A model generated the notes under the pieces. The model made no database searches and was not told the origin of the DNA. It was given only the letters and a program-made list of their open reading frames with translations. This document shows, one piece after another, positions 53,807-62,831 of a stretch of DNA of 64,000 nt (positions are counted from its first letter, which is position 1; the number at the start of each line of letters is the position of its first letter). The translations under genes were made by a program, and so were the position numbers. Source of the stretch: a virus (lineage: Duplodnaviria > Caudoviricetes); IMG/VR virus record IMGVR_UViG_3300042274_000720, positions 2,832-66,831 of that record. One strand, given 5' to 3'.

Positions 53807-54271
53807 ATGCATCAGCAACACGACAGCACCACCCGCTTTGCCGACCGCCTCATCGAGATCGCGCCGGCCATCCACAGCCTTGGCGTCGACGGCGCCTGCG
53901 TCGTCGCCGAGCTCAAGGAGCAGGAGACGAAGCGCGGCTTCTTCGCCCGCCGCCTGATCTGCCGGGACGACGCCGACGCGCACCGCCAGCTCGCCCGCGT
54001 CCTCAGCCGCATGTCCGAGCGCGGCCTGGTCGCTCTCTACGCCACCTGGACGCGCCGCTGGTCGGCCGACCGGAAGGAGCCCGTCGTGGTGACGCTGGAC
54101 GAGCGCCGGAAGATCGAGACCGAGGAAACGCACGGCGACCCCGAACGGGCGAAGAGCCTGCGCCGCATCCTGGCTGTGAAGCTGCGGGAGGCCCACAAGG
54201 ACGGCCGCCCGGTGCACTACGAGGCGACGGCTCAGGAGCGGCCGGAGACGGTCGCGGCGGCGGCGGAGTGA
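53807..54271 (+). CDS. Hypothetical early protein
   Basis: GGAG RBS, GC3 bias. Confidence 0.55.
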   Translation: MHQQHDSTTRFADRLIEIAPAIHSLGVDGACVVAELKEQETKRGFFARRLICRDDADAHRQLARVLSRMSERGLVALYATWTRRWSADRKEPVVVTLDERRKIETEETHGDPERAKSLRRILAVKLREAHKDGRPVHYEATAQERPETVAAAAE

Positions 54272-54642
54272 TGGCGATGAAGCAGATCGGCAACGCCCTT
54301 CACTTCACCCCCGAAGAAGCGCACGACGTCTCGCTGAAGATTTCGGACGTGAACTGCTTTCTCGACGGCATGGAGTTCGCGCGCGGTGAAGGCCTGCCCT
54401 GGCAGTTCGCTCAAGGGCGAGAATTTCTCCGGGATCTGAATATCAAGCTCAAGAAGATGGAGTGGCGCCAGCCGGAGGATCGGGAGGGCGAGACCGCGCC
54501 GGCGACGCCGGACCCGATGTCCGCCCGTCTGACCAGCGAGCTTCAGCAGCTCCGCGCCGCCATCAAGGCCGGAGACACCTACGAGGAACTGCTGATCCGC
54601 GTGCACGACATGCTGGACGCCCTGAAGGCGAAGGAGGCCTGA
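54268..54642 (+). CDS. Hypothetical early protein
   Basis: Coupled ORF. Confidence 0.55.
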   Translation: MMAMKQIGNALHFTPEEAHDVSLKISDVNCFLDGMEFARGEGLPWQFAQGREFLRDLNIKLKKMEWRQPEDREGETAPATPDPMSARLTSELQQLRAAIKAGDTYEELLIRVHDMLDALKAKEA

Positions 54643-54645
54643 CCG

Positions 54646-54894
54646 ATGTCGGAGATCAACGACACGATCGAGCGCCTGTCCGGCGCCATCGAGGAACTGG
54701 AAAAGACCTTCGACGCCCTCATGCAACTGGGCGCTGACGCCGAACCCGGCGCGCCGAAGGGCGCCCTGAAGCCGGATGCGGTGACGGTGTTCGGCGCCGC
54801 CGCGCTGGGGAACGCCTCGGACGAATTCAACAAGGACCTGGCCGAGGCCCGCGAGGCGCTGGCCGATCTGAAGCGCGCTGCGGCGGAGGCCTGA
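54646..54894 (+). CDS. Hypothetical early protein
   Basis: Flanked by a 17-bp direct repeat containing RBS and start. Confidence 0.55.
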   Translation: MSEINDTIERLSGAIEELEKTFDALMQLGADAEPGAPKGALKPDAVTVFGAAALGNASDEFNKDLAEAREALADLKRAAAEA

Positions 54895-54977
54895 CCGATG
54901 TGCCGCCTGATCCGCGCCCTGTTTCGCCGCCGCCGGCGCAAGCCGGCGCCCCTGATCGTGAACGTGAGGTTCCCGCG

Positions 54978-55154
54978 ATGAACGGTCTCCACCTCATGCG
55001 GCACCGCGCCGCCCTGACCGCCTACGAGGATGCCCTTGCCGCCGGGCTGTCCGAGCCCGAGGCGGCGGAGGCCGCGCACAGCGCCGCCCAGGACGTCGAC
55101 GACGAGCGGGGCGACCACCTCTACCAGCAGCGCCGGGAGGATCGTCATGGCTGA
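54978..55154 (+). CDS. Small hypothetical protein
   Basis: GAGG RBS; MNGLHLMRHRAAL... Confidence 0.45.
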   Translation: MNGLHLMRHRAALTAYEDALAAGLSEPEAAEAAHSAAQDVDDERGDHLYQQRREDRHG

Positions 55155-55434
55155 CCCCCAGACTGACGCCGCGATCGCCAAGCTCTGGCCGGAACGGTGG
55201 GCCAAGGCTACCAGCAAGGGCCGTAACAACCTCCGCCGCTCCTACAAGCGGCACCTCGCCATCAAAGCGCTGCCAAAGTACGCGAAGTGCGGCAATTGCA
55301 AGCACCTGGCCGAAGGGCCTTCGTCGCTCAAGTGGCGACCGGTCTGCGCGCTTGGCTCGGGGTCCGGCGTCTACCAACTCGCCACGGCCTCGGGCATCTG
55401 CGAGCACTGGGACAAGAAGGGAGGTGCGTCATGA
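55147..55434 (+). CDS. Small Cys-containing protein
   Basis: KCGNCKHL...VC...GICEHW. Confidence 0.5.
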   Translation: MADPQTDAAIAKLWPERWAKATSKGRNNLRRSYKRHLAIKALPKYAKCGNCKHLAEGPSSLKWRPVCALGSGSGVYQLATASGICEHWDKKGGAS

Positions 55435-55643
55435 CGATGCTCGCCATCACCTACATCTGGGCTGGCCTGACCGGCTCCATGGTCGTCGACGTCATTGCGA
55501 AGGACGGCGGGATGACGGTCGGACAGCGCCGCTTCCTCATGGGCGCGAGCGTGGTTTTCTGGCCGCTTCTGATCCCCTCCGCCATCGTTCGCGGCGCATG
55601 GAACGCTTGGAGCGAGTTCAAGGCCAAGCGGGGTGCGTCATGA
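55431..55643 (+). CDS. Small 2-TM membrane protein
   Basis: ATGA coupling on both sides; VVFWPLLIP. Confidence 0.5.
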   Translation: MTMLAITYIWAGLTGSMVVDVIAKDGGMTVGQRRFLMGASVVFWPLLIPSAIVRGAWNAWSEFKAKRGAS

Positions 55644-56527
55644 CCAACATTCCCGTTGAAGAGCGCGTCAACTGGATCGGCGCCAGCGAGAGCGCCATCC
55701 TGCTGGGTGTAAGCCCCTTCGGCACGCCTTTCGAGCTTTGGTATGAGAAGGCCGGCCAGTTGCCGCGCGGCGACCACGGCGGCGAGCGCATCGACGCCGG
55801 CCGCCACCTGGAACCTGCCATCGCCGCTTGGGCGGCGGAGCGCTGGAACTGGAACCTGCGCAATGTGCCCGAATACCTGACGCACCCGACGGTGCCGAAG
55901 ATGGGCTGCAGCCTGGACTTCGAGGACGCTGACGACGGCGCGCCGGTCGAGATCAAGAACGTCGACGGCCTGATCTTCAAGCAGCAGTGGACCGCCGAGG
56001 GCGGGGAACTGCTCGACGCGCCGATCTACTACCTGATCCAGGTGCAGCACCAGCTTGCGTGCAGGCCCGACGCTCCGCACGGATGGCTGATCGCCTGCGT
56101 CGGCGGCAACCGCCTCTTCCGCCTGAAGGTGCCGCGCCACCAGGGCGCGATCGCGCGCATCGAGGGCGCCATCCGCGAATTCTGGGCCTCCGTCGAGGCC
56201 GGTGTGCCGCCGGCGCCGGACTTCAACATCGACGCGGCGGCCGTCATGCGGCTGTACGCGACCATAGACGGCGCGGAGCCGGTCGACCTCACCGACGACA
56301 ACCGCCTGCCCGACCTGTGCGCCGAATACAAGGCCGCCGGCCAGGCGGAGAAGGAGGCCAAGGCCCGGAAGGACGCGGCCAAGGCCGAGATCCTGACCAA
56401 GATCGGCGGCGCCGCCCGCGCCTTCGTCAACGGCTTCAACGTCAGCGCCGGCATGGTGAACCGCAAGGAACACGTCGTCGCCGCTACCAGCTACCGCAGC
56501 TTCCGCATCACCGAGAAGAGGGCCTGA
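55640..56527 (+). CDS. YqaJ-like (lambda exo family) exonuclease
   Basis: IGASE...GRHLEPAIA...GCSLDF...VEIKN...YYLIQVQHQL. Confidence 0.85.
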   Translation: MTNIPVEERVNWIGASESAILLGVSPFGTPFELWYEKAGQLPRGDHGGERIDAGRHLEPAIAAWAAERWNWNLRNVPEYLTHPTVPKMGCSLDFEDADDGAPVEIKNVDGLIFKQQWTAEGGELLDAPIYYLIQVQHQLACRPDAPHGWLIACVGGNRLFRLKVPRHQGAIARIEGAIREFWASVEAGVPPAPDFNIDAAAVMRLYATIDGAEPVDLTDDNRLPDLCAEYKAAGQAEKEAKARKDAAKAEILTKIGGAARAFVNGFNVSAGMVNRKEHVVAATSYRSFRITEKRA

Positions 56528-56531
56528 TCCC

Positions 56532-57452
56532 ATGTCCGAAACCAACGCGCTTACCTTGCAGCAGGGCGAGAAGCCGAACGCGCTGCCCGTGACCGACACC
56601 AGCAGCTTTTCCAACCTGCTCGACACCAACCGGTTCAACCACATCTGGCGCGTCGCCAACGTCTTCGCCGCTTCTGGCCTCGTGCCCAAGCAGTTCCACA
56701 ACAACCCGGCCGGCTGCTTCGTCGGCGTGCAGATGGCGCTTCGCCTCAACGTCGACCCGTTCATGTTCCTTCAGAACATCTACATGAGCCCGGACGGAAA
56801 ACCGGCGCTCTACGGGCAGATGGCCATCGCGCTCATCAACACGTCCGGCCGCCTGGATGAGCCGCTGGACCTCATCGTTGACGGCGAAGGTGACCACCGC
56901 GGCTGCACGGCCATCGGCATGCTCAAGGGCGGCACCAAGCGCGAACTCCGCGTCGACATCGCCACGGCCAAGGCGGAGGGCTGGTTCAACCGGAACCCCA
57001 AGTGGAAAAACATGCCCGACCAGATGCTCCGCTACCGCGCCGGCGCTTGGTGGGGGCGCGCCTACTGTCCCGAGGCCCTGATGGGCATGCAGACGGCCGA
57101 AGAGCTGCAGGACATCGAGATGGAGCGGCAGCGCGACGGCTCGTGGTCGGTGGCGCAGCAGCAGCCCAAGCCCACGTCTCTCGGCAAGCTCGACACCCTG
57201 GCGAGCGGTCAGATGCCCAGCGGATGGGACGATGCCGTGAGCCTTCAGGCGGAGCCTGCCCAGCAGCAGGAAGAGACGCCGCCGCCGGCGCAGAGCCAGA
57301 GCCAGAGCCAGAAGCCCACCGCCAAGAAGCAGGCCCAGCAGCCCGAAGTGCCGCCTGCTGATCCCCCGCACGACCCCGAGACGGGCGAAATCCACGACGA
57401 GCAGAACCCGCCGCCGGCCGACGACGAAGAACTGTCCTTCGGCGACGGCTGA
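56532..57452 (+). CDS. Single-strand annealing protein (RecT-like)
   Basis: Follows the exonuclease; WKNMPDQMLRYRAGAWWGRAYCPEALMGM. Confidence 0.7.
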   Translation: MSETNALTLQQGEKPNALPVTDTSSFSNLLDTNRFNHIWRVANVFAASGLVPKQFHNNPAGCFVGVQMALRLNVDPFMFLQNIYMSPDGKPALYGQMAIALINTSGRLDEPLDLIVDGEGDHRGCTAIGMLKGGTKRELRVDIATAKAEGWFNRNPKWKNMPDQMLRYRAGAWWGRAYCPEALMGMQTAEELQDIEMERQRDGSWSVAQQQPKPTSLGKLDTLASGQMPSGWDDAVSLQAEPAQQQEETPPPAQSQSQSQKPTAKKQAQQPEVPPADPPHDPETGEIHDEQNPPPADDEELSFGDG

Positions 57453-57591
57453 CGCAGCAGCCCGGACGCGCGGCCCTCGGGCCGCCGTCTCGGGACTGGA
57501 GCCGGCAGGTCTTCCCCTCCCCGCCCTCCCGCGCCATGCCCCGGCGCGGTGCCGGCTCCAGCCCTGAGACGATCCGCTACAGGAGCGCACC

Positions 57592-59388
57592 ATGCATGTC
57601 ACCCTGACCAACTACCTCGGCATCCAGCACGTCGACCTGAACTCCTCGCCGCTCGCCCTCGTCATCGGCCCCAACGGCGCCGGCAAGTCGAGCATCCAGG
57701 CCGCCGTCGCCGCAGCGCTCACCGGCCAGCCGTTGCCGGCGGGGCTCAACAAGAAGGACGCCGGGACGCTGGTGCATGGCGCCGGCACTGAAGCCGCCGT
57801 CACCGTTGCCACCGAAGGCGGCAGCGTGTCCGTCTCCTGGCCGCAGTGCGAGGTTGTCACCGACCGCAAGGCGCCGCAGGCGTCGGACATCGCGGCCGGC
57901 CTGGTGCGGCTGACCGATCTGCCGGCCAAGGACCGGGCGGCGCGCCTGATCGAGGTGCTGGGCGCCGAGCCCTCCTTCGCCGACCTGGTGGAGGCGGTGA
58001 CGACGACCGGCATCCTCGTTCCGCCGAAGGGCGACGACGTGGCCGTCGAGAGCCTGCGCAAGATGATCGGCGACATGGAGGCGAGCGACGACACGCTCGC
58101 GTGGTGCGCAAGCATCTGGAAGCGCATCCAGGGCAAGGGCTGGGACGGTGCGTCGAAGGATCTGGCCGACCAGGGCGCGAAGCTGAAAGGCGCATGGGAA
58201 AAGACCACCGGCGAGAAGTACGGCTCCAAGAAGGGCTCCGACTGGAAGCCGGATCTTCCCGCGAACCCGGCACACATGGACGAAGCCGAGCTTCAACAGG
58301 CCGTAGCCGCCGCCGAAGCCGAGCGCGACGAGGCGCTGAAGCGCCAGGGTGCCGGGACCGCCGAGCTTGAGCGGGTGCGCGAGCTGGCGGGCCGCGCGGT
58401 GCCTGACGTCGACGCCCTGGACAAGGCGTTCGACGACGCCGAGGCCGCCCACGCCAAGGCCATCGAGGCGCTGCGCCAGACGCCGAAGCCCGACGAAGGC
58501 CGCCACCCCAAGCAGCCGTGCCCGCACTGCAACGAGGCCGTCGCCATTATCGAGCATCGCGAAGGCCCGGCGCGGAAATACGAGTTGAAGGCGCCCGGCC
58601 CCGCACCGAGCGAGACCGAGATCAAGGCGATGCGCAAGGCCCGACATGAAGCCGAGTTCGCGGAGCAGCGGGCGGAGCGTGCCGTGCACGAGGCGGCGGC
58701 GCGGGCGAACGAGGCCAAGCGCGCGGTTGTGGCGATCCAGGACGCGAAGGCAAAGCTGGAGCAGCTGGAGGCCGAAGCCGCCGGCGCCGAGGGCGCGGCA
58801 GCAGCCGTCGAGGCCACGCGGGAAAAGGTGCAGGCGGCCCAGAAGACGCTCGGCGACTTCCGCCGCTGGCGGGAGGCCCGGAGCCTCCACAGCGAGATCA
58901 CGCGCCTCGCCGCCGTGGTGCAGATCATGAAGCCCAACGGCCTGCGCCAGCGCGTCCTCGCCCGTGTCCTCTCCGAGTTCAACGAGCGCCTCGCGAAGCT
59001 GTCGGACGCCGCCGGCTGGTCGCGTGTGCAGGTGAAGGAAGACATGAGCGTCATCTACGGCATTCGGCCGGCGTTGCAGCCCTTCTCGTCGGAGAGCCAA
59101 GTCTGGCGGGCGGCCGTCACGCTGCAGGTGGCCGTCGCCCAGGTGGACGGTTCCAGCGCCGTATTGATCGACCGGGCGGACGTGCTCGACAGCAAGAGCC
59201 GCGGCGGCCTGCTCCGGATGCTCAAGGGCTGCGGCACGCCGGCCCTGATCTCCATGACGGCCGCGCCCGGCATCGTGCCGGACCTGGGGAAGGCCAAGAG
59301 CGGCGGGACGTGGGTCCTGACGGACGGCCGGGCGGTGACGCATGCCGAAGCGACGGCGCCGGCCGCGCCGGCTCAGGCGGCGGAGTAA
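57592..59388 (+). CDS. SMC/Rad50-like coiled-coil ATPase with CPHC hook
   Basis: IGPNGAGKSS, central CPHC, degenerate signature FSSESQ, LIDRADVLD. Confidence 0.75.
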   Translation: MHVTLTNYLGIQHVDLNSSPLALVIGPNGAGKSSIQAAVAAALTGQPLPAGLNKKDAGTLVHGAGTEAAVTVATEGGSVSVSWPQCEVVTDRKAPQASDIAAGLVRLTDLPAKDRAARLIEVLGAEPSFADLVEAVTTTGILVPPKGDDVAVESLRKMIGDMEASDDTLAWCASIWKRIQGKGWDGASKDLADQGAKLKGAWEKTTGEKYGSKKGSDWKPDLPANPAHMDEAELQQAVAAAEAERDEALKRQGAGTAELERVRELAGRAVPDVDALDKAFDDAEAAHAKAIEALRQTPKPDEGRHPKQPCPHCNEAVAIIEHREGPARKYELKAPGPAPSETEIKAMRKARHEAEFAEQRAERAVHEAAARANEAKRAVVAIQDAKAKLEQLEAEAAGAEGAAAAVEATREKVQAAQKTLGDFRRWREARSLHSEITRLAAVVQIMKPNGLRQRVLARVLSEFNERLAKLSDAAGWSRVQVKEDMSVIYGIRPALQPFSSESQVWRAAVTLQVAVAQVDGSSAVLIDRADVLDSKSRGGLLRMLKGCGTPALISMTAAPGIVPDLGKAKSGGTWVLTDGRAVTHAEATAPAAPAQAAE

Positions 59389-59393
59389 TCGGG

Positions 59394-61352
59394 ATGCACC
59401 ACCGCCCCATCATGGCCGACGTCGAGATCCGCCACTTCCACCTGTTCTGCGGCTTAGGCGGCGGCGCGCGCGGCTTCAACCGTGGCGCCGCCCGTGTCGG
59501 CAACCTCCGCGCCCGCTTCCGCTGCATCGGCGGCGTGGACGTTGACGCGGCCGCCGCGCGGGACTTCGAGCGCCTTGCCGGTGCGCCCTGTGCGGCCCTG
59601 GACCTGTTCGACCGCGACCAGTACCGGGCCTTCCACGGCTCCGAGCCGCCGGCCGGTTGGCGCGAGGCGACCGCCGCTGACATCCAGGGCGCCGCCGGTG
59701 GTGAACGCCCGCACATCGTCTTCCTGTCGGCGCCGTGCAAGGGCTTCTCCGGCCTGCTGTCGCAGTCGCGCAGCACGTCCGCCAAGTACCAGGCCCTGAA
59801 CCGCCTGACCCTGCGCGGCATCTGGCTCACGCTGGAGGCGTGGGCGGACGACCCGCCGGAGCTGATGATCTTCGAGAACGTGCCCCGCATCATGACGCGC
59901 GGCCGCCACCTGCTCGACCAGATCAGCGCGCTCCTGGGCCGCTACGGATACGCCGTCGCCGAGACGACGCACGACTGCGGCGAGATCGGCGGACTGGCCC
60001 AGAGCCGCAAGCGCTTTCTGCTGGTCGCCCGTCACCGCGAGAAGGTGCCACCGTTCCTCTACGAGCCGCCGAAGCGGAGCCTGCGCGGCGTCGGTGAAGT
60101 GCTGGAGCGGATGCCGCTGCCGGGCGATCCGGCGGCCGGGCCCATGCACCGGGTGCCTGCGCTCCAGTGGCGGACGTGGGTGCGGTTGGCGTTCGTGGAA
60201 GCCGGCAGCGACTGGCGCAGCCTGAACCGCCTGCGCGTCGACAACGGCCACCTTGCCGACTACCTGATCCTGCCCGAAACGGCGTGGCAGTCGGGTGTCA
60301 TGGGCGTGCAGCGCTGGGATGAGTCGGCCGGCACCATCGCCGGGCGGAGCGGCCCAACCAACGGCGCCTTTTCGGTGGCCGATCCCCGGCGCGCGGCCGG
60401 CGCCAGCGAGTACAGCCAGTACGGGGTTCTCGACTGGCGTGAGACCGCTGGCGCGGTCAGCGGGCAGTCGGCGGCCGGCGGCGGGAAGTACAGCGTCGCC
60501 GATCCGCGGATGGGCGAGAGCGGGCCACGGTTCAACAACGTCTACCGCATCGCTCGGTGGGATGACGTCTCGCCGGCCGTGACCGGCGGCGGCGGGCCGA
60601 CGGCCGGCGGCCTGTCGATCGCTGATCCCCGCTACTCCTGGGGCAAAGGCACCCATCAGAACAAGATGGCCGTCGTCGGCTTCGACGGCCCCGCCAAGAC
60701 CGTCACCGGCTCCGACCGGGTCGGCAGCGGCGCGCTTTCCGTCGCCGATCCCCGCGCCGCCACCGGCTTTGAGGGCGCGGGCAAATACCGCGTCGCCCCG
60801 TGGGACGGCGCGGCGGGCACCGTCATCGCCGGCAGCACGACCGGCCAGGGCGCTTTCGCAGTCCAGGACCCCCGCCCGCGGTTCGCACGCGACGGCCGGG
60901 ACGCCTACACCACCGGCGGCCACTACGGCGTGGTGCCGTGGGAGGACACCGCCGGCGCCGTCACCGCGAGCGGGCAGCACGACAACGGCCGCTGGAGCGT
61001 GGCCGACCCGCGCCTGCCCGAGGTGACCGAACGTGGCGTCTTCGTCATCCGCGCGCTGGACGACACCTGGCACCGGCCCTTCACCACGCTGGAGTTGGCC
61101 GCGCTTCAGTCGCTGGTCGACCCGGACGAGCACCTGGAGCTTGAGGGCCTGAGCGACAGCGCCTGGCGCGAGCGCATCGGCAACGCGGTCCCGCCGGCCG
61201 CCGCCGAGGCCATCGCCGGCGTGATGGGCCGAACCCTGTTGCTGGCCTGGACCGGCGAGACCTTCATGCTCTCCAGCGATCCGATCTGGGTGCGGCCGAT
61301 GACGACTGCACTTTCCGTCGACACTCCGGCCATGGAGGACACCGCATTATGA
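59394..61352 (+). CDS. DNA cytosine-5 methyltransferase with repeated variable region
   Basis: HLFCGLGGG, SAPCKGFS, FENVP, QSRKRF, ERIGNAVPP. Confidence 0.9.
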   Translation: MHHRPIMADVEIRHFHLFCGLGGGARGFNRGAARVGNLRARFRCIGGVDVDAAAARDFERLAGAPCAALDLFDRDQYRAFHGSEPPAGWREATAADIQGAAGGERPHIVFLSAPCKGFSGLLSQSRSTSAKYQALNRLTLRGIWLTLEAWADDPPELMIFENVPRIMTRGRHLLDQISALLGRYGYAVAETTHDCGEIGGLAQSRKRFLLVARHREKVPPFLYEPPKRSLRGVGEVLERMPLPGDPAAGPMHRVPALQWRTWVRLAFVEAGSDWRSLNRLRVDNGHLADYLILPETAWQSGVMGVQRWDESAGTIAGRSGPTNGAFSVADPRRAAGASEYSQYGVLDWRETAGAVSGQSAAGGGKYSVADPRMGESGPRFNNVYRIARWDDVSPAVTGGGGPTAGGLSIADPRYSWGKGTHQNKMAVVGFDGPAKTVTGSDRVGSGALSVADPRAATGFEGAGKYRVAPWDGAAGTVIAGSTTGQGAFAVQDPRPRFARDGRDAYTTGGHYGVVPWEDTAGAVTASGQHDNGRWSVADPRLPEVTERGVFVIRALDDTWHRPFTTLELAALQSLVDPDEHLELEGLSDSAWRERIGNAVPPAAAEAIAGVMGRTLLLAWTGETFMLSSDPIWVRPMTTALSVDTPAMEDTAL

Positions 61353-61720
61353 CCCCGAAACAGCACCAGCTCCTCGAATGGCTGCGCCAGTGGTTCCGCG
61401 CGCACGAGTACGGACCGAGCTACGACGAGATCGCCGCCGCCCTCGGCATCTGCAAATCCAACGTGCACCGCTGCGTCGCCCTCCTGAGGCGCGACGGCTA
61501 CCTCGTCCGCGAGGCTGGCGTCCGGGGGCTGAGGCTCACCGCCAAGGGCTGGGGCAAGACGTCGCCCCTCGCCGCCGCCCGCGCCCTCATCGAGGACGGC
61601 ATCATCAGCGAGGACGAAAACACTGGCCATGCCGTCGTCGACATGAACCGGCTGGGCGCGCTGGAGTTGGCGCTGAAGGGCGACGGGCCGCTGAAGATGC
61701 CCGCCATGGCGGCTGAGTAG
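61349..61720 (+). CDS. LexA-type DNA-binding-domain protein
   Basis: TPKQHQLLEWL...GPSYDEIAAALGI. Confidence 0.7.
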   Translation: MTPKQHQLLEWLRQWFRAHEYGPSYDEIAAALGICKSNVHRCVALLRRDGYLVREAGVRGLRLTAKGWGKTSPLAAARALIEDGIISEDENTGHAVVDMNRLGALELALKGDGPLKMPAMAAE

Positions 61721-61725
61721 GCTCC

Positions 61726-62319
61726 TCAGGAGCTGGACGCGACGAGAGGGGGGCAGCCATGTCCGCAATACCGCTGCAGGACGGTCTTATCCAGATGCTC
61801 GACCAGGTGCAGTACCCTGGCGGCTTCCTCACGAATTTCATCCACTTGTGGAAGCGCCCCGCCGGCCGCGAACAAGTCTCTGTACGACTTCAGCCAGGAG
61901 AAGGAGCGATCCAGCTTCATCAGCAGGGGGGCGGTCCCGGGAATTCTGAGAGCGAGCGGCTTGTTCTCGTCGATCAACCGTTCAGCCCGCGCCATCTCCG
62001 AGGGCAACACGCTTCGAAAGTAGCGTCCCATCTCGGCCTCATCGTCGGTGGTCCGGGTTATGAACTCAATCGCGACAACAGCTCGATAGAACTCACGATA
62101 GCCTTCGCGCGCGAGTTCCGCCGTTGGCCGAAGATCCCGACGCTCTTTCAGCAGGACCGCGTAAACCGCTCCGAGGACGCCGAAGACCGGTCCAGCCAAG
62201 TCAGCCATAAAGGACGGCATGTTGTCCGGCGCCAAGATCACGCCACACACCAAGCCGAAGGCCAGGGCGCCAAGGAATGGGACGACGTTCTCGGGCAGCT
62301 GTCGCAAAAGGGCTTGCAT
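61726..62319 (-). CDS. Lower-GC membrane-anchored moron
   Basis: Two N-terminal TMs; opposite strand; distinct codon usage. Confidence 0.6.
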   Translation of the reverse strand: MQALLRQLPENVVPFLGALAFGLVCGVILAPDNMPSFMADLAGPVFGVLGAVYAVLLKERRDLRPTAELAREGYREFYRAVVAIEFITRTTDDEAEMGRYFRSVLPSEMARAERLIDENKPLALRIPGTAPLLMKLDRSFSWLKSYRDLFAAGGALPQVDEIREEAARVLHLVEHLDKTVLQRYCGHGCPPLVASSS

Positions 62320-62498
62320 GTGAAGAGTAGGCTCCGCGTAAGGCGTGCGCGCCGCACGGGAAGCGCTGCGCCGTGGACTAAATTATCCCTAGGAATAAGC
62401 GATCTTCTGACGCGCGTCGAGGCAGGGGCCGAAAGGTCCGCCGCCCCCGACATGACTTCTTTGCAAAAAGTGCAAACAAATCTGGAGGGCCCCCATCC

Positions 62499-62831
62499 AT
62501 GAGAGAAGCGGCGAGGCAACTGGAGCCGCCCCTAAGCATCGCCGAGGCTGCCCGGCGCCTCGGCCTCGGCGAGAAAAGCCTACGCGCGTTCCTCCGCGGC
62601 ACGCCGAGAGCGCCTGACGGTGCGCCGCTCTACCACACGACGCCTACTGGCGGACGCGCCTTCGTTTACCCCGACCAACTCCCCCTGATCCGCGAGAACC
62701 TGCCGTGCCCCTCAAGCTCGTCCGTCGCGCCGGCTCCGACAACTGGTACCTCCGCGGCACCGTCCGAGGCCGCTCTGTATTCGAAAGCGCGGGCACTGAC
62801 GACGCGGAAGCGGCGGAAGCGGTCCGAGTAA
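62499..62831 (+). CDS. xis: Excisionase-like HTH protein
   Basis: PLSIAEAARRLGLGEKSLRAFL; overlaps the int start. Confidence 0.6.
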   Translation: MREAARQLEPPLSIAEAARRLGLGEKSLRAFLRGTPRAPDGAPLYHTTPTGGRAFVYPDQLPLIRENLPCPSSSSVAPAPTTGTSAAPSEAALYSKARALTTRKRRKRSE

